20,000 nt of DNA from Chiloscyllium plagiosum. Its lineage: Eukaryota. This document shows positions 1 through 9,577 of this stretch, in pieces. Below the pieces are notes generated by a model. That model did not search any database, was not told where the DNA came from, and worked only from the letters and a program-made list of their open reading frames with translations. A program made the translations under genes and the position numbers. The stretch is taken from NCBI RefSeq assembly GCF_004010195.1, contig NC_057719.1, positions 81,809,630-81,829,629 on the forward strand, written 5' to 3'. The stretch's first letter is position 1. Every line of letters starts with the position of its first letter.

Positions 1-480
1 TCGGTAGAGTGAACGTTTCAGGTCAAAGACCTTTCATCGATCTACAGAAAATTGTGATTGAATTGGAAGAAAAGTGTGGACAAAGAACAAGAGGAATGTC
101 AGTGTCTGGGTGGAAAATGGGGCAGATTAAATGACAAAAAACTTGGAAGTGCATGAGGCCAGAAATGAGATAAATGGAGAACCAGGTGTGAAGAGCAACA
201 TGATGAACAGAAGACTACAAAGGGAAAGAAAGCAAGATCAAGACATAAATTGTGGTTTTAGGTAGTTGGCGTCTGAAAGTCCATAAGGTGAAAAGTGAGG
301 TGCAGTTCTTTGAGTTTACCTTAGAGCTTTACTGAACCACTGCAGGAAAGCAAAACAGAGTGGTCAGAGAAGGAGGAAAGTGGAAAAGTATCATGGTGAG
401 CTACCAGGAGCTCAGGCTAGTGGAATATCACAGAGTGATCACCTATGTTATGTCTATTCACTGTAAAACAGACTGCATTG
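1..480 (-). mobile_element. Old, decayed 3' end of a Penelope-like element (GIY-YIG C-terminal remnant, 3' UTR, pLTR running off the window)
   Basis: Hammerhead-like motif at 12-40 (-). Region ~270-480 resembles by eye the reverse complement of the shark PLE GIY-YIG C-terminus, heavily mutated, with no open frame. Confidence 0.5.
12..40 (-). ncRNA. Degenerate minimal hammerhead ribozyme motif (family 1)
   Basis: Minus strand reads UCGAUGA-AGGUC-UUU-GACCU-GAAACGUU: perfect 5-bp stem II, GAAA core, palindromic ACGU stem III. The CUGAUGA box is altered to UCGAUGA. Confidence 0.6.
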
Positions 481-724
481 TATTTAGGGAATTACAGTTT
501 CCGAAACACAAGTGAGATACCACCTGCACCAAATTACCAACTTTAGCACTTAGTAAAATTAAGCGCTCTGCTCCCCCATCACTCTGTGCTCCACAATCAT
601 AGTCAAATCAAGCAGTGACTGTACAAAATCAGGCAGAAATCCTACTAAATCAGACAGTAAACTCTAATAATTTTGGAGCAGGTGGTATCTTGCTTGTTCG
701 TGTTCCTGAAACTACAATTCAGAT

Positions 725-1332
725 TGACATGATTAGATTAGATTCTGTACTTTATGGAAACAGGTTTTTTGGCCCAAGTCCACATCACCGCCGCTGGCAA
801 CGCATTTCATGCGTTCACAACTCTCTGCCTTAAGTACCTACCTCTGACATCCCCTCTATACCTTTCTCCTAATATCTTAAAACTATGATCCCTCGTGCCA
901 GTCATTCCTGCCCTGGGGAAAAGTCTCTGGCTATGCACATGAACAGCAGTGAATTGAGGGGTGTATAGGTTAGGCTATTTTATTTTAGATTAGGATTAAT
1001 CCTCGGCACAACATCGTGGGCCGAAGGGCCTGTTCTATCCTGTACTTTTCTATGTTCTATGTTCTAACTCTCTGAAGAGTTGCCCATCCAGACCCATTTC
1101 CCTACCCCGTATTTACCCCTGACTAATGCACCTAACACCATGGACAATTTAGCATGGCCAATTCACCTGAACTGCACATCTTTGGATTGTGGGAGGAAAC
1201 CAGAGCACCCGGAGGAAACCCACGCAGACACGGGGAGTATGTGCAAACTCCACACAGACAGTCACTCGAGGGCGGAATCGTACCAGGTCCCTGGAGCTGT
1301 GAGGCAGCAGCAGCACTAACCACTGAGCCACT
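725..1332 (-). mobile_element. HE1-type tRNA-derived SINE, split by a CR1 insertion
   Basis: Head TGGCTCAGTGGTTAGTGCTGCTGCTGCCTCACAG (A box) on the minus strand near 1298-1330; (ATTAG)n tail near 730-743; colinear with the copy at 3378-3674 once 784-1066 is removed. Confidence 0.9.
784..1066 (+). mobile_element. 5'-inverted CR1 (HER1-like) 3' fragment
   Basis: 933-1066 (+) is a CR1 3' end with a (TTCTATG)n tail, matching the reverse complement of 13317-13446. 784-934 is in the opposite orientation and matches 13486-13635. Confidence 0.9.
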
Positions 1333-1916
1333 GAGTAATATCTAGAATTTATCCTGGAATCAATGATTTTTAGTTGATTAAAAGTACCATTCAGTGTCAG
1401 TGGCATTTCACTTTGAGTATGTACATGTTAGATAGTAGGTCATATATGTCCGAGAGTGTTTGAAATATCTGATTCTTTGAGAGTATGCTTGAATACATGT
1501 TTGAGAGGCTGTGGTATGTTTGTGTGTATGAATGTTCAAGAATGTGTTTTTGGATCTTTTGTTTCAATTTCCACTGAGACCAATAATACTCAAAAATGAA
1601 TCTAAACTTCCAGCAAATAGCTGAAAGAATGACATATCAAGATTTTGCTTTCTACTGTTCCTCTTGAAACAGATGATTAAAAGCAGTCATGACTAGGTAT
1701 GACTTTCTTTTTGGTGGATAACTTATACTTCAAGCTACAGTAAGAAATAGTTCCGTTATATACACATCACTTATTGCACTCCCCAAGAAACACTGTCCTT
1801 TTAGCAAACAGTCCGTAAGTGCTAGTTTCCAATGGATTCCTGTAACCCCATCTTATTAAGTAGTAAGTTAAAAATCACACAACACCAGGTTATAGTCCAA
1901 CAGATTTATTTGGAAG

Positions 1917-1951
1917 TGCAAGCTTTCGGAGCACTGCTCCTTCGTCAGGTA
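1917..1951 (-). ncRNA. Minimal type I hammerhead ribozyme in the PLE pLTR (family 2), core intact
   Basis: CUGACGA-A-GGAGC-AGU-GCUCC-GAAAGCUU: both core boxes, 5-bp stem II, palindromic AGCU stem III, CUU cleavage triplet, weak stem I. AAUAAA lies just downstream (1905-1910, -). Confidence 0.8.
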
Positions 1952-2373
1952 GCTAATGGGGCAGGATCATAGGACACAAAATTTATAGTAAAAGATCAAA
2001 GTGTCATTCAACTGATGTGATGTATTGAACGAACATCGATTGCTGTTAAGTCGTTAATCACTTAGAATGAGTTGTAGGTTTCAATTTATTAATATTTAAA
2101 TCCCAGAATTTCTTTCAAGTCACATTCCCAAGATAACGTAAGGCTTTACAAAAACAGTGACAGCTCAGACAATGTATGAGATGTGAGGTTAGAGTCTGTC
2201 TGTATTCCAACCTTGAGTCAGACCGGTTCTATTTCCAAAGTAGGAATTTATAAAATATCACATGGACTGACTGCCTACAGATTGTGTGCTTTTTGAACTA
2301 AAAAGAATGTATCTGCAAATGCACATTCATCCCATAGATTTATATCTGTGAGCGTGTGAGGGTAAGACAGTGT

Positions 2374-2380
2374 GAGAGAG

Positions 2381-2411
<31 letters not shown>
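2374..2411. repeat. (GA)n(GT)n microsatellite in the PLE 3' region
   Basis: GAGAGAGAGA followed by a pure GT run. Confidence 0.95.
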
Positions 2412-2500
2412 CTATCTGTTTGTCCATCAGTGAGTGGGTCTGTGTGAGTTCGATCATGTGTAAGAGTTTGTGGTGTATGTGTGTGTATAATGTAGTGGGG

Positions 2501-3359
2501 TCACTTGTAGTGTGACATAAACCCAAGATCCCGGTTGAGGCCATCCTCATGGGTACTGAACTTGGCTGTCAGCATCTATTCAGTGACTGCATTGTGGCAC
2601 ATCCCAAAGTCCACCTTGAGGACGGTCAACTGAAGATCCGAGCTGAATGTCCTGCTGAAGTGGTCCCCAGCTGGGCAGGAACGCCCTTGTCTGGTGGTTG
2701 TTGCGCAGTGTCCATTCATCTGTTGTCATAGTGTCTGTTTTGTCTCGCCAATGTACCAGGCCTTGGGGCATCCTGCCTGCAGGGTATGAGATAGATAAAC
2801 TTGGCCGAGTCACATGAGTTGCCACGCACATGGTGGGTGGTGTCTCCACATGTAATGGTGATATTCATGTGGACACTCTGACACATCTTGCAGTGGTTGC
2901 CATGATAGGGTTGTATGATGTTCTGGTCAATATTGTCCTGAAGGCTGGGCAGTTTGCTGCGGACAATGGTCTGTTTAAGGATTGACAGTTGTTTAAAGGC
3001 GAGAAATGGAGGCATAAAGAAGGTCTTGTTGAGGTGCTTATCCTCATCGATAATGTGTAGCAAGCTGCGAAGAACATGGTGTAGTTTCTCCACTCCCGGG
3101 AAGTACTGGACAACTGAGGGTACCCTATCGGTTACATCCTGAGGAGCTCGTTATGGTTTCTCACTGTGGCACGTTAGAACTGGCAATCAATGAGTTGAGC
3201 ATCATATCCTATTCTTATGAGGGCGCCCTTGAGCACCTTCAGGTATCTGTCACGTTCCTCCTCATCTGAGCAGGTCCTGCGTATGCATAGGGCTTGTCTG
3301 TAGGGGATTGCTGTTTTACTTTCTTTAGAGTGGAAGCTCGCGAAGTGCAGCATTGTGAG
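2501..3359 (-). pseudogene. Disrupted PLE ORF: RT thumb, Cys linker, GIY-YIG endonuclease
   Basis: LHFASFH..TAIPY.QAL...CSDEEERD (3174-3377 ORF); HGNHCKMCQ and SCDSAKFIYLIPC (2716-3093 ORF); frameshifted WYIGETKQTL*QQMNGH (YIG at 2747-2755); terminal THEDGLNRDLGFMSHYK* (stop 2501-2503). Confidence 0.9.
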
Positions 3360-3377
3360 CAAGCTAGATTTGTTCAA

Positions 3378-3674
3378 TAGATTAGATTACCTACAATGTG
3401 GAAACAGGCCATTTGGCCCAACAAGTCCACACCGACCCTCCGAAGAGTAACCACCCAGACACATTTCCCTCTGACTAATGCACCTAGCACTATGGGCAAT
3501 TTAGCATGACCAATTCACATGACCTGCACATCTTTGCATTGTGGGAGGAAACCCATGTAAACACGGGGAGACTGTGTGCAAACTCCACACAGACAGTCGC
3601 CTGAGGCGGGAATTGAACTCAGGTCCCTGGCGCTGTGAGGCAACAGTGCTAACCACTGAGCCACCATGCCACCC
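3378..3674 (-). mobile_element. HE1-type SINE, near full length, nested in the right pLTR arm
   Basis: A box TGGCTCAGTGG and B box GAGTTCAATTCCC on the minus strand; TAGAT tail; pLTR sequence ...GTTCAATA|CATC... resumes on both sides. Confidence 0.92.
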
Positions 3675-3746
3675 TACATCGCATCAGTTTTTTGACACTT
3701 TGACTTTTACTGTAAATTCTATGTCCTTTGATGCTGCCCCATTAGC

Positions 3747-3781
3747 TCCCTGATGAAGGAGCAGCACTCCAAAGGCTTGTA
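3747..3781 (+). ncRNA. Mutated hammerhead copy in the inverted pLTR (family 2)
   Basis: CUGAUGA-A-GGAG-CAGCA-CUCC-AAAG-GCUU; the GAAA box is changed to AAAG, so probably inactive. Confidence 0.65.
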
Positions 3782-3799
3782 CTTCCAAATAAACCTGTT

Positions 3800-3880
3800 T
3801 GGATGCTGCCTGACCTGCTGCACTTTTCAAGCAACACATTTTCAGCTCTGATCTCCAGCATCTGCAGTCCTCACTTTCTG
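3800..3880 (+). mobile_element. 81-bp family-3 pLTR-type fragment nested in the family-2 pLTR
   Basis: GGATGCTGCCTGACCTGCTG...CCAGCATCTGCAGTCCTCACTTTC matches 7113-7189; flanked by a CCTGTT duplication (3794-3799, 3881-3886). Confidence 0.85.
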
Positions 3881-4543
3881 CCTGTTGGACTATAACCTGG
3901 TGTTGTGTCATTTTTGAGTTTGTCCACCCAGTCCAACACTGGCACCTCCACATCATTAAGTAGTAACTTTGACTGACCATCACCAGGCGCCTTCCTTAGT
4001 TTTTCAGGCAATTTCTTAAATGCATCAACAATAATAAAGTCTATTCCAATGATTCTCCCTACTTCTGGACAAGCCAGAGCAAATCTTCCAGAATCTTTAG
4101 ACAGCTGCAAGCAGTGTCTCTTCAACCTTATCTCCCTTCTGCAATTTGCTGTTGTAAATCAAAATGTCCAGCAACTTCTTCTCTATGTGGACCATATAGA
4201 CCCTCTGCTGTCTGTCTATATTATTTGTTGATTTATAGGGAAGCCTTCAAAAATGGATTTCTCTGCCCAAGGCAATGTGAAATATCCATATATTGTGAAA
4301 TGCTAATTCTTGATCTCAATTCATCTAAGCATTAAGTGGAGAGTTTACAATGCAATTCTTTACAACTCAAAATCCACTACACCTTTCTGGGACTTTGGGA
4401 GACACAGAATATACTCATAGTGAACCAGAAACTGCTGTTGTTCCTTCCAAGCAGATTCTTCTCTGTAAAACAATCCAAGACTTCCTTTAACTCCTAACAA
4501 TCAAACCACCCAGGCTCACAGATCTCCAGCAATTGCCCTAAAT

Positions 4544-5120
4544 GTCAATGCAACAGTCAAGAAAGCACAACAGCATCCCTACTTCCTCAGGAGGCTAAGG
4601 AAATTTGGCATGTCCACAAAGACTGTTTTTATAGACGCACCATAGAAAGCATCTTGTCTGATTGCATCTAGGTTTGGCATTTGCTCTTCCCAAGGTCGCA
4701 AGAAACTACAGAGAGTTGAGAGCACAGCCCAGTCCATCACACAAACCAGCCTTCCATCCATTGACTCCATCTATACTTCCCTCTGCCTCAGGAAAGCAAC
4801 CAACATCATCAAAGACCCCGCTCACTCCAGTTATGTTCTCTTCCACCATCTTCCATCAGGAAGAAGATGTAAAATATTGTTTACACATACGAATAGATTC
4901 AAGACCAGCTTCTTTCCCGCTGTCATTAGACTTCTGAATGGATCTCTCAAATTTTAAATTTAATGTTTATTTTGCTCTCTGTGCACCTTCTCTGCAACCG
5001 TAATATTGCATTCATCACTGCCCTAAAGCACTATGTATGGTAGGCACTGCCTGTACTACATGTAAAACAAAACTTTTCACTGCCTCATTGTATGTGACAA
5101 AAATAAACAAACCAAATAAA
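4544..5120 (+). mobile_element. Rex1/Babar LINE 3' fragment
   Basis: From 4559 translates KKAQQHPYFLRRLRKFGMSTKT, then FYRRTIESILSDCI after a frameshift, then a NIIKDP motif; AATAAA and an A-rich tail at ~5101-5120. Confidence 0.85.
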
Positions 5121-5399
5121 TTCAGAGTTCCAATGCCAAACTTTAATCATCTTATAAACCTCATGATTGTAATACTTTGAGTTTTTTTTAATGAGTTCTA
5201 TGAGAACTAGGATTTCCAGGAAATCAATGGGGTTTGCTACTATTTGGAGAGTTTGTGAGCTCACAAAGTAAACACTTGTATGTCAGGTTTTCAGTTTAGA
5301 AAGTGAAGATTTTTTTTTACTTTGGCAACACCCATATCTTGTTGAAAAAAGTTGTTTTTTAGTTTCACGTTGGGCAGTTGTCTTGTCTGAAGCTGACTT

Positions 5400-6398
5400 T
5401 GTAAAACAGTTGCTCTTCAGAAGGGGAGACAGTTGAGAACTGTTAAGAAATGGTTTATCTGAGGGTAAGGAGTTAGTTTCACTTGCAGTTGTGATTATTA
5501 ATGAGAGATTGGATGGAGACATTTGAAATTATAAGCAATTTTGATATAATGGATATTATGTCCCAGGCAGCAAGAGAAGATAAGGAGATTTCTTAGTCAA
5601 CTCAGAAATTTCATATGATCTGAAATGCATTTCCTGAAAGAGAGGTGGAAGCAGATTCAGATGTAAACTCTGAGGGGAAATTCAATAGACATGTGATGAT
5701 GCTTGTCACTTTAAGAGGTTATTTTATCCTGTTTTTTTTTATGAAGAGAGATTGTAAGACAGAGGTATAAAGCTGTCTCTAAGAAAGTAAACAATTTGTA
5801 AGGCCTTGGGTTTTTTGTAAGTTGGAACAATGGAAGCAGCTTGGGTGTGCCAGGCTTTTGAGTTATTTTTAACTTTTTAGGTTTAGGTCACAAATGAGTT
5901 GGAATCTTCAGTAAAGTCTACTAGCTGCTTTTCTTTCTGAATGTTCTCTTGATGTTTTTTCCTCCTGGATTGGAGAACTGCATGTGAGAATCTGTCTGAA
6001 TTTGCCTTTATGCTAAGGGGTGTGTATATGGGATGTTATTATAGTGGAACAGTTAATTAGTAATAGGTGCTGTATCTATTATTCGGTTAAGTTTTTCAAT
6101 AGTTGTTATTCTCAATTCCTCTTTCTTTAGTTTGACTTTAACTGTAGTGTTTAATTAAGTTGTGGTTTCTTAACTTTGCATAGTTTGACCACATTGCATC
6201 TAGAACACGGCTATCTTTAAAGTAAGAAAAATTAGGGTCTAAGCTCCCTTCTTAAAATATATTGAGGGGGTCTGGTCTGGTCCATAACTCACATATAAAA
6301 AAGAAGTTTTTTTTAGGGCTGTTCAAGAGTTGGATTAATTGGTACCTCTTTCACAAAGCTGTACTGGCACACTGGATCAAATGGCATCTTTCTGTGTA
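5400..6398 (+). mobile_element. Old CR1 3' end split into ~5400-5691 and ~6290-6398 by a solo LTR
   Basis: ATCTGAAATGCATTTCCTGAAAGAGAGGTGGAAGCAGATTC (WNALPE.VVEA-like) on the left; CR1 tail GGATCAAATGGCATCTTTCTGTG on the right. Confidence 0.6.
5692..6289. mobile_element. Probable solo LTR (~600 bp)
   Basis: Begins TGTGATG and ends CATAACT (imperfect terminal inverted repeat); near 4-bp TSD GACA/CACA; cleanly interrupts a CR1 3' end; non-coding. Confidence 0.55.
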
Positions 6399-6526
6399 AC
6401 TCATTTAACCTTCTAGAACATATTATTCATTATAACCAAGGGCTATCATCATAATGGCTACTGGTGAAAGAGTGTGGCATGTTTTGAAAATTTTGACAGC
6501 ATTGTGAATTGCGTGTATCTTCTTAG

Positions 6527-6611
6527 GTTTCTGAGGAACAGCAGGAAAGAAAAACACTGGTTGTTGCCTTCGAAAAGTATTCTCTTGACTGGACAACGAC
6601 CTACCTTCCCG
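6527..6611 (+). other. Candidate 85-nt internal exon of an unidentified transcript
   Basis: Branch-like TTGAC ~30 nt upstream, acceptor TATCTTCTTAG|G, donor CG|GTAAGT; two frames open; lies in non-repeat sequence. Confidence 0.3.
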
Positions 6612-6769
6612 GTAAGTAAAACCTGAAGCCCAGGAAAAAGGCCTGGGGCTGTTAATAACTCAAAAGCTGACTTTGGTTTGGAGCCAAGGCAGTTTTCCAA
6701 CTGCATGATTAATTGCAGAGGGTCAAACAAGGGTCGGATGAGATTGTGTGCTGACTGACTTTGCTCGGT

Positions 6770-6854
6770 TCAGCAGGTTTAGATACACCTTTTGAATATC
6801 TACCACCCAATGTACCCCTAACTTAAAGTTGCACCTTAATACAGAATGACAATA
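6770..6854 (+). repeat. Copy 1 of a diverged ~85-bp local duplication
   Basis: TCAGCAGGTTTA.ATACACC..TTGAA..TCTACCA..CAAT.TAC...CTAACTTAAAGTTG.ACCTTAA shared with 8365-8456. Confidence 0.8.
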
Positions 6855-7066
6855 TTTTGCAGCAGTCTTTCAGAAACAAGACATACAGGTTAGTGCATTT
6901 TGGCAGTTACATCCAGAGGTAGGTAAAGTCCATAATCTGCAAAGTACAGCAAATTCCTCCTGAATTCCTTGCCATATGAATTACCTTCCACAGATCCCCT
7001 CCATATGAGTACAAATATTCACCTGCCTCTGGATCTCCTCCAATGCTGCATTGACATCTTGTACAC

Positions 7067-7191
7067 CCTGATGAAGGGCTTTTGCCTGAAATGTCAATTT
7101 TCCTGTTCCTTTGATGCTGCCTAACCTGCTGTGCTTTTCTCGAGCCACACTCTTGACTCTAGTCTCTAGCATCTGCTGTACTCACTTTCGC
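7067..7191 (+). mobile_element. 125-bp hammerhead-bearing solo pLTR-type insertion (family 3)
   Basis: Perfect 12-bp TSD CATCTTGTACAC (7055-7066, 7192-7203); the insert starts one base before CTGATGA. Confidence 0.9.
7068..7095 (+). ncRNA. Minimal hammerhead ribozyme motif (family 3), core boxes intact
   Basis: CUGAUGA-A-GGGC-UUUU-GCCU-GAAAUGUC; sister copies have GCCC and GAAACGUC, so the changes look like CpG decay that leaves G-U wobble pairs. Confidence 0.75.
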
Positions 7192-7472
7192 CATCTTGTA
7201 CACTCATCTCCCTCAGACCGAGACCTGTGCTATGTTTCAGCCATTGCACTTCAGTGGAAGTGAGTGAATGAAGTCTACATATACTGCTCCTTCATGAGAA
7301 TTGTGTTTCACCTGCCCTTCAGTGCCAAATGTACAGGTGGCCAGTTTAACATCTCTAGGTAAATTTACATTGTTCTATTCTCGTGATCAGGCCCGAATTT
7401 GTAGCAACCATTTGGCATCTGTTTGTTTTGACCCTTTCAGCAAACTAATAGCCATGGAACTCTACTTGTACG

Positions 7473-7822
7473 TGGGATGTGGTATCATTGGCTGGGTCAG
7501 CATTTATTGACTATCACAAATTGCCCCTTGATCTGAATAACTAGCTAGGGCCATTTCAGAGGGTGTTTAAGAGTCAATCACCTTGCTCTGGAATCACATT
7601 TAGTCTGGATTAATTTCCTTCAAGAGTATTAGTGAGCTAGATGTCTTTTTTAAAAAAGTAAGAATTGGCAGTAGTTGCACGATTGACATCAGCCTGGTTT
7701 TCTTTAATCCCAGTGTCTATTCCATTGAATTAATCAGCTATGGTGGAACTTGAACCCATATTCTGCTGGGTATGAACCTAGGTGTACTGCATTAGTAGGC
7801 CAATCACATTGCCACTGCATCA
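7473..7822 (-). mobile_element. Old tRNA-derived SINE with a LINE-derived 3' tail
   Basis: B box GGGTTCAAGTTCC (-) near 7745-7757; colinear with 9178-9532; tail resembles the LINE end at 9960-10030. Confidence 0.7.
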
Positions 7823-8364
7823 TTTCCACCCCAAGCTCAGAAGATGTATTTTGCATTTTACAGCATTGAGAAACATTCGCCCAAGAAAGATTCTCAATGA
7901 AGGAAAGATGTTTGTCATTGGTCCCATAGTAAATAACTTCAGCTTATTTGCAAAACACCTTTACATTAAAATTGCAGTTTGTTTCACATGTGGCACTGAG
8001 AAACATGAACATTGGCCGAAAGTATGGTCAAAATGATATGTTGAAGGGCCTTTTAAAAGGCTGTGAGGCAAGATGGAGGAGGTTAGCAAGGGTGCATCAG
8101 GGTGCGATGAAAGTCCATCTATATTAGCTATAACATTGGTGGTATTTTTCTCTGTGACTCTGAAGCTTGTGGGCATTGTGTTTTCTATCTTACACAACTG
8201 CACAATATTGCAAACTCATTTAGATGAGCTCTTTTATTTGAATAGATTAAACAATGCACAATATTTAGGAGGCAAGTTAAGACTTTGGGTCTCTCCGACT
8301 GCTTCTGTCATCTGCTCGACAATTGTATGTGTACACACTTGTAACATATCCAGTCTGGTGATGC

Positions 8365-8456
8365 TCAGCAGGTTTAAATACACCCCTTGAAATTCTACCA
8401 TACAATATACTCCTTCACTCTAACTTAAAGTTGTACCTTAAATAATTAGAACAATA
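8365..8456 (+). repeat. Copy 2 of the diverged local duplication
   Basis: Matches 6770-6854 with a short insertion. Confidence 0.8.
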
Positions 8457-8524
8457 CATGACTTCAAAAGAAAACTTGTTTAAAAATGAGGCTATACAAA
8501 GCTTTGCACATCTCCTGTCCAGTC

Positions 8525-8663
8525 ATAACCTGTTTGCCTCACTCTGTCTAAGCACCCTATGATCTGTATGTCCTTGTTTGTAAAGATCTGCCTGTACTGC
8601 TCGCAAAACAAAACTTTTTACTGTACTTAGGTACATGTGACTACAGTAAATCAAATCAAATCA
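8525..8663 (+). mobile_element. Rex1/Babar-type 3' UTR fragment
   Basis: CTGCCTGTACT...AAAACAAAACTTTT.ACTG...ATGTGAC shared with 5048-5098; (AAATC)n tail. Confidence 0.75.
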
Positions 8664-9177
8664 AGTGGATGAATCACAGAAGCATTATGGAGCTTTGCTG
8701 ATATGCCCAGACTTGGTTATTCTGATGTTGTTTTGAGATTCTGAGAGTTCTGTTGGTCAGTAGGAGTACTGTGCTTGTGTTTCAGTTCATGTTCAACAAT
8801 CCATGTACAAATAATACCCATGACATGATTGTGGTCCTGGACAGATGCCAAAGGTTTCTGTTAGATTCTGGGTTCCATTGACTGGGTCTTGGAATACATT
8901 TATCCAGTGGTTAAGTTGAAGAATTCTTTGCCCTCATGCTTGTCTTGTGCATCCTTCATCTTCCCCTGTTTTTCAATGAACGCATCAAACCTCCTGATGT
9001 CATTGGTCAACTCACCATTCTTTTGAACATCTGTCCAATCTACTGGGGTTCATTGTCAGAAGCACCTCAAATAAACTAAAGGCTGAACCCAGCACCTAAG
9101 CTGGAAATGTCTTGTAATTGACAGATAACAGGAAATGTTTGAGCAGTTATCACCATTCCCAAGGAATCATTTCTTCT

Positions 9178-9532
9178 TATTTATCCTTCTATGGGATAAG
9201 GACATTGCTGGAAAAGCCAGCATTTGCTGCCCATTCTTAATTGTCCATTAGATGGCTTGCATAGCCATCTTAGAGGGAAGTTGAGATCAACTACATTGCT
9301 GTATATCTAGGGTTCCATTAAAAAGAGGTAAGGGCAGCAAACGTCCTTCCCAAAGAGTATTAGTAAATCAGAAGGGCTTTTAATGACAGCCAATATCAGT
9401 TGCATGGTCATCATTACTGAGAGTAGCTTTCAATCCTGGATTTACAAATGAAGTCCACTATCTATCACAGTGGGATTATGAACCCTTGTCCCATGCTCAT
9501 TACTAGTTCAGTGACATTACCACAATACTATC
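9178..9532 (-). mobile_element. Old tRNA-derived SINE, same family as 7473-7822
   Basis: Colinear shared blocks (CAGCATTT..TG, GCCAT.T.AGAGGG, AAGAGTATTAGT, AGTTGCA, TGAACCC). Confidence 0.7.
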
Positions 9533-9577
9533 AAACACAGTCTTCCATAACTGTTGCAATAAAGGATCACTGAATGT

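Larger units (their letters stand above)
1867..3954 (-). mobile_element. 5'-truncated Penelope-like element (probably Neptune clade) with inverted pseudo-LTRs
   Basis: Minus-strand ORF remnant 2501-3359; terminal arms 1867-2040 and 3360-3954 are inverted copies; flanking direct repeat ATTAAGTAGTAA at 1855-1866 and 3955-3966. Confidence 0.9.

Noticed and set aside
1415..1550. Degenerate TGAGAGT.TG-type low-complexity repeats
   Set aside because: No consistent period; treated as decayed simple sequence.
3580..3674. tRNA gene
   Set aside because: The A and B boxes belong to a SINE head; no full cloverleaf is evident.
1867..3954. DNA transposon interpretation (terminal inverted repeats plus TSD)
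   Set aside because: The internal coding remnant is PLE RT-thumb/GIY-YIG rather than a transposase, and the arms are unequal pLTR copies.
7051..7097. Possible type III hammerhead using flank TTGACAT-C paired with ATGTCAA
   Set aside because: The 7-bp stem III and AUC triplet are present, but no stem I can form between 7059 and 7067, and the match depends on CpG-decay changes; probably coincidence.
8073..8390. 105-aa ORF with a hydrophobic stretch
   Set aside because: No recognisable family or splice context; a length expected by chance.
8898..9045. Protein-like minus-strand stretch PVDWTDVQKNGELTNDIRRFDAFIEKQGKMKDAQDKHEGKEFFNLTTG
   Set aside because: Short, no recognised homology and no convincing exon boundaries.
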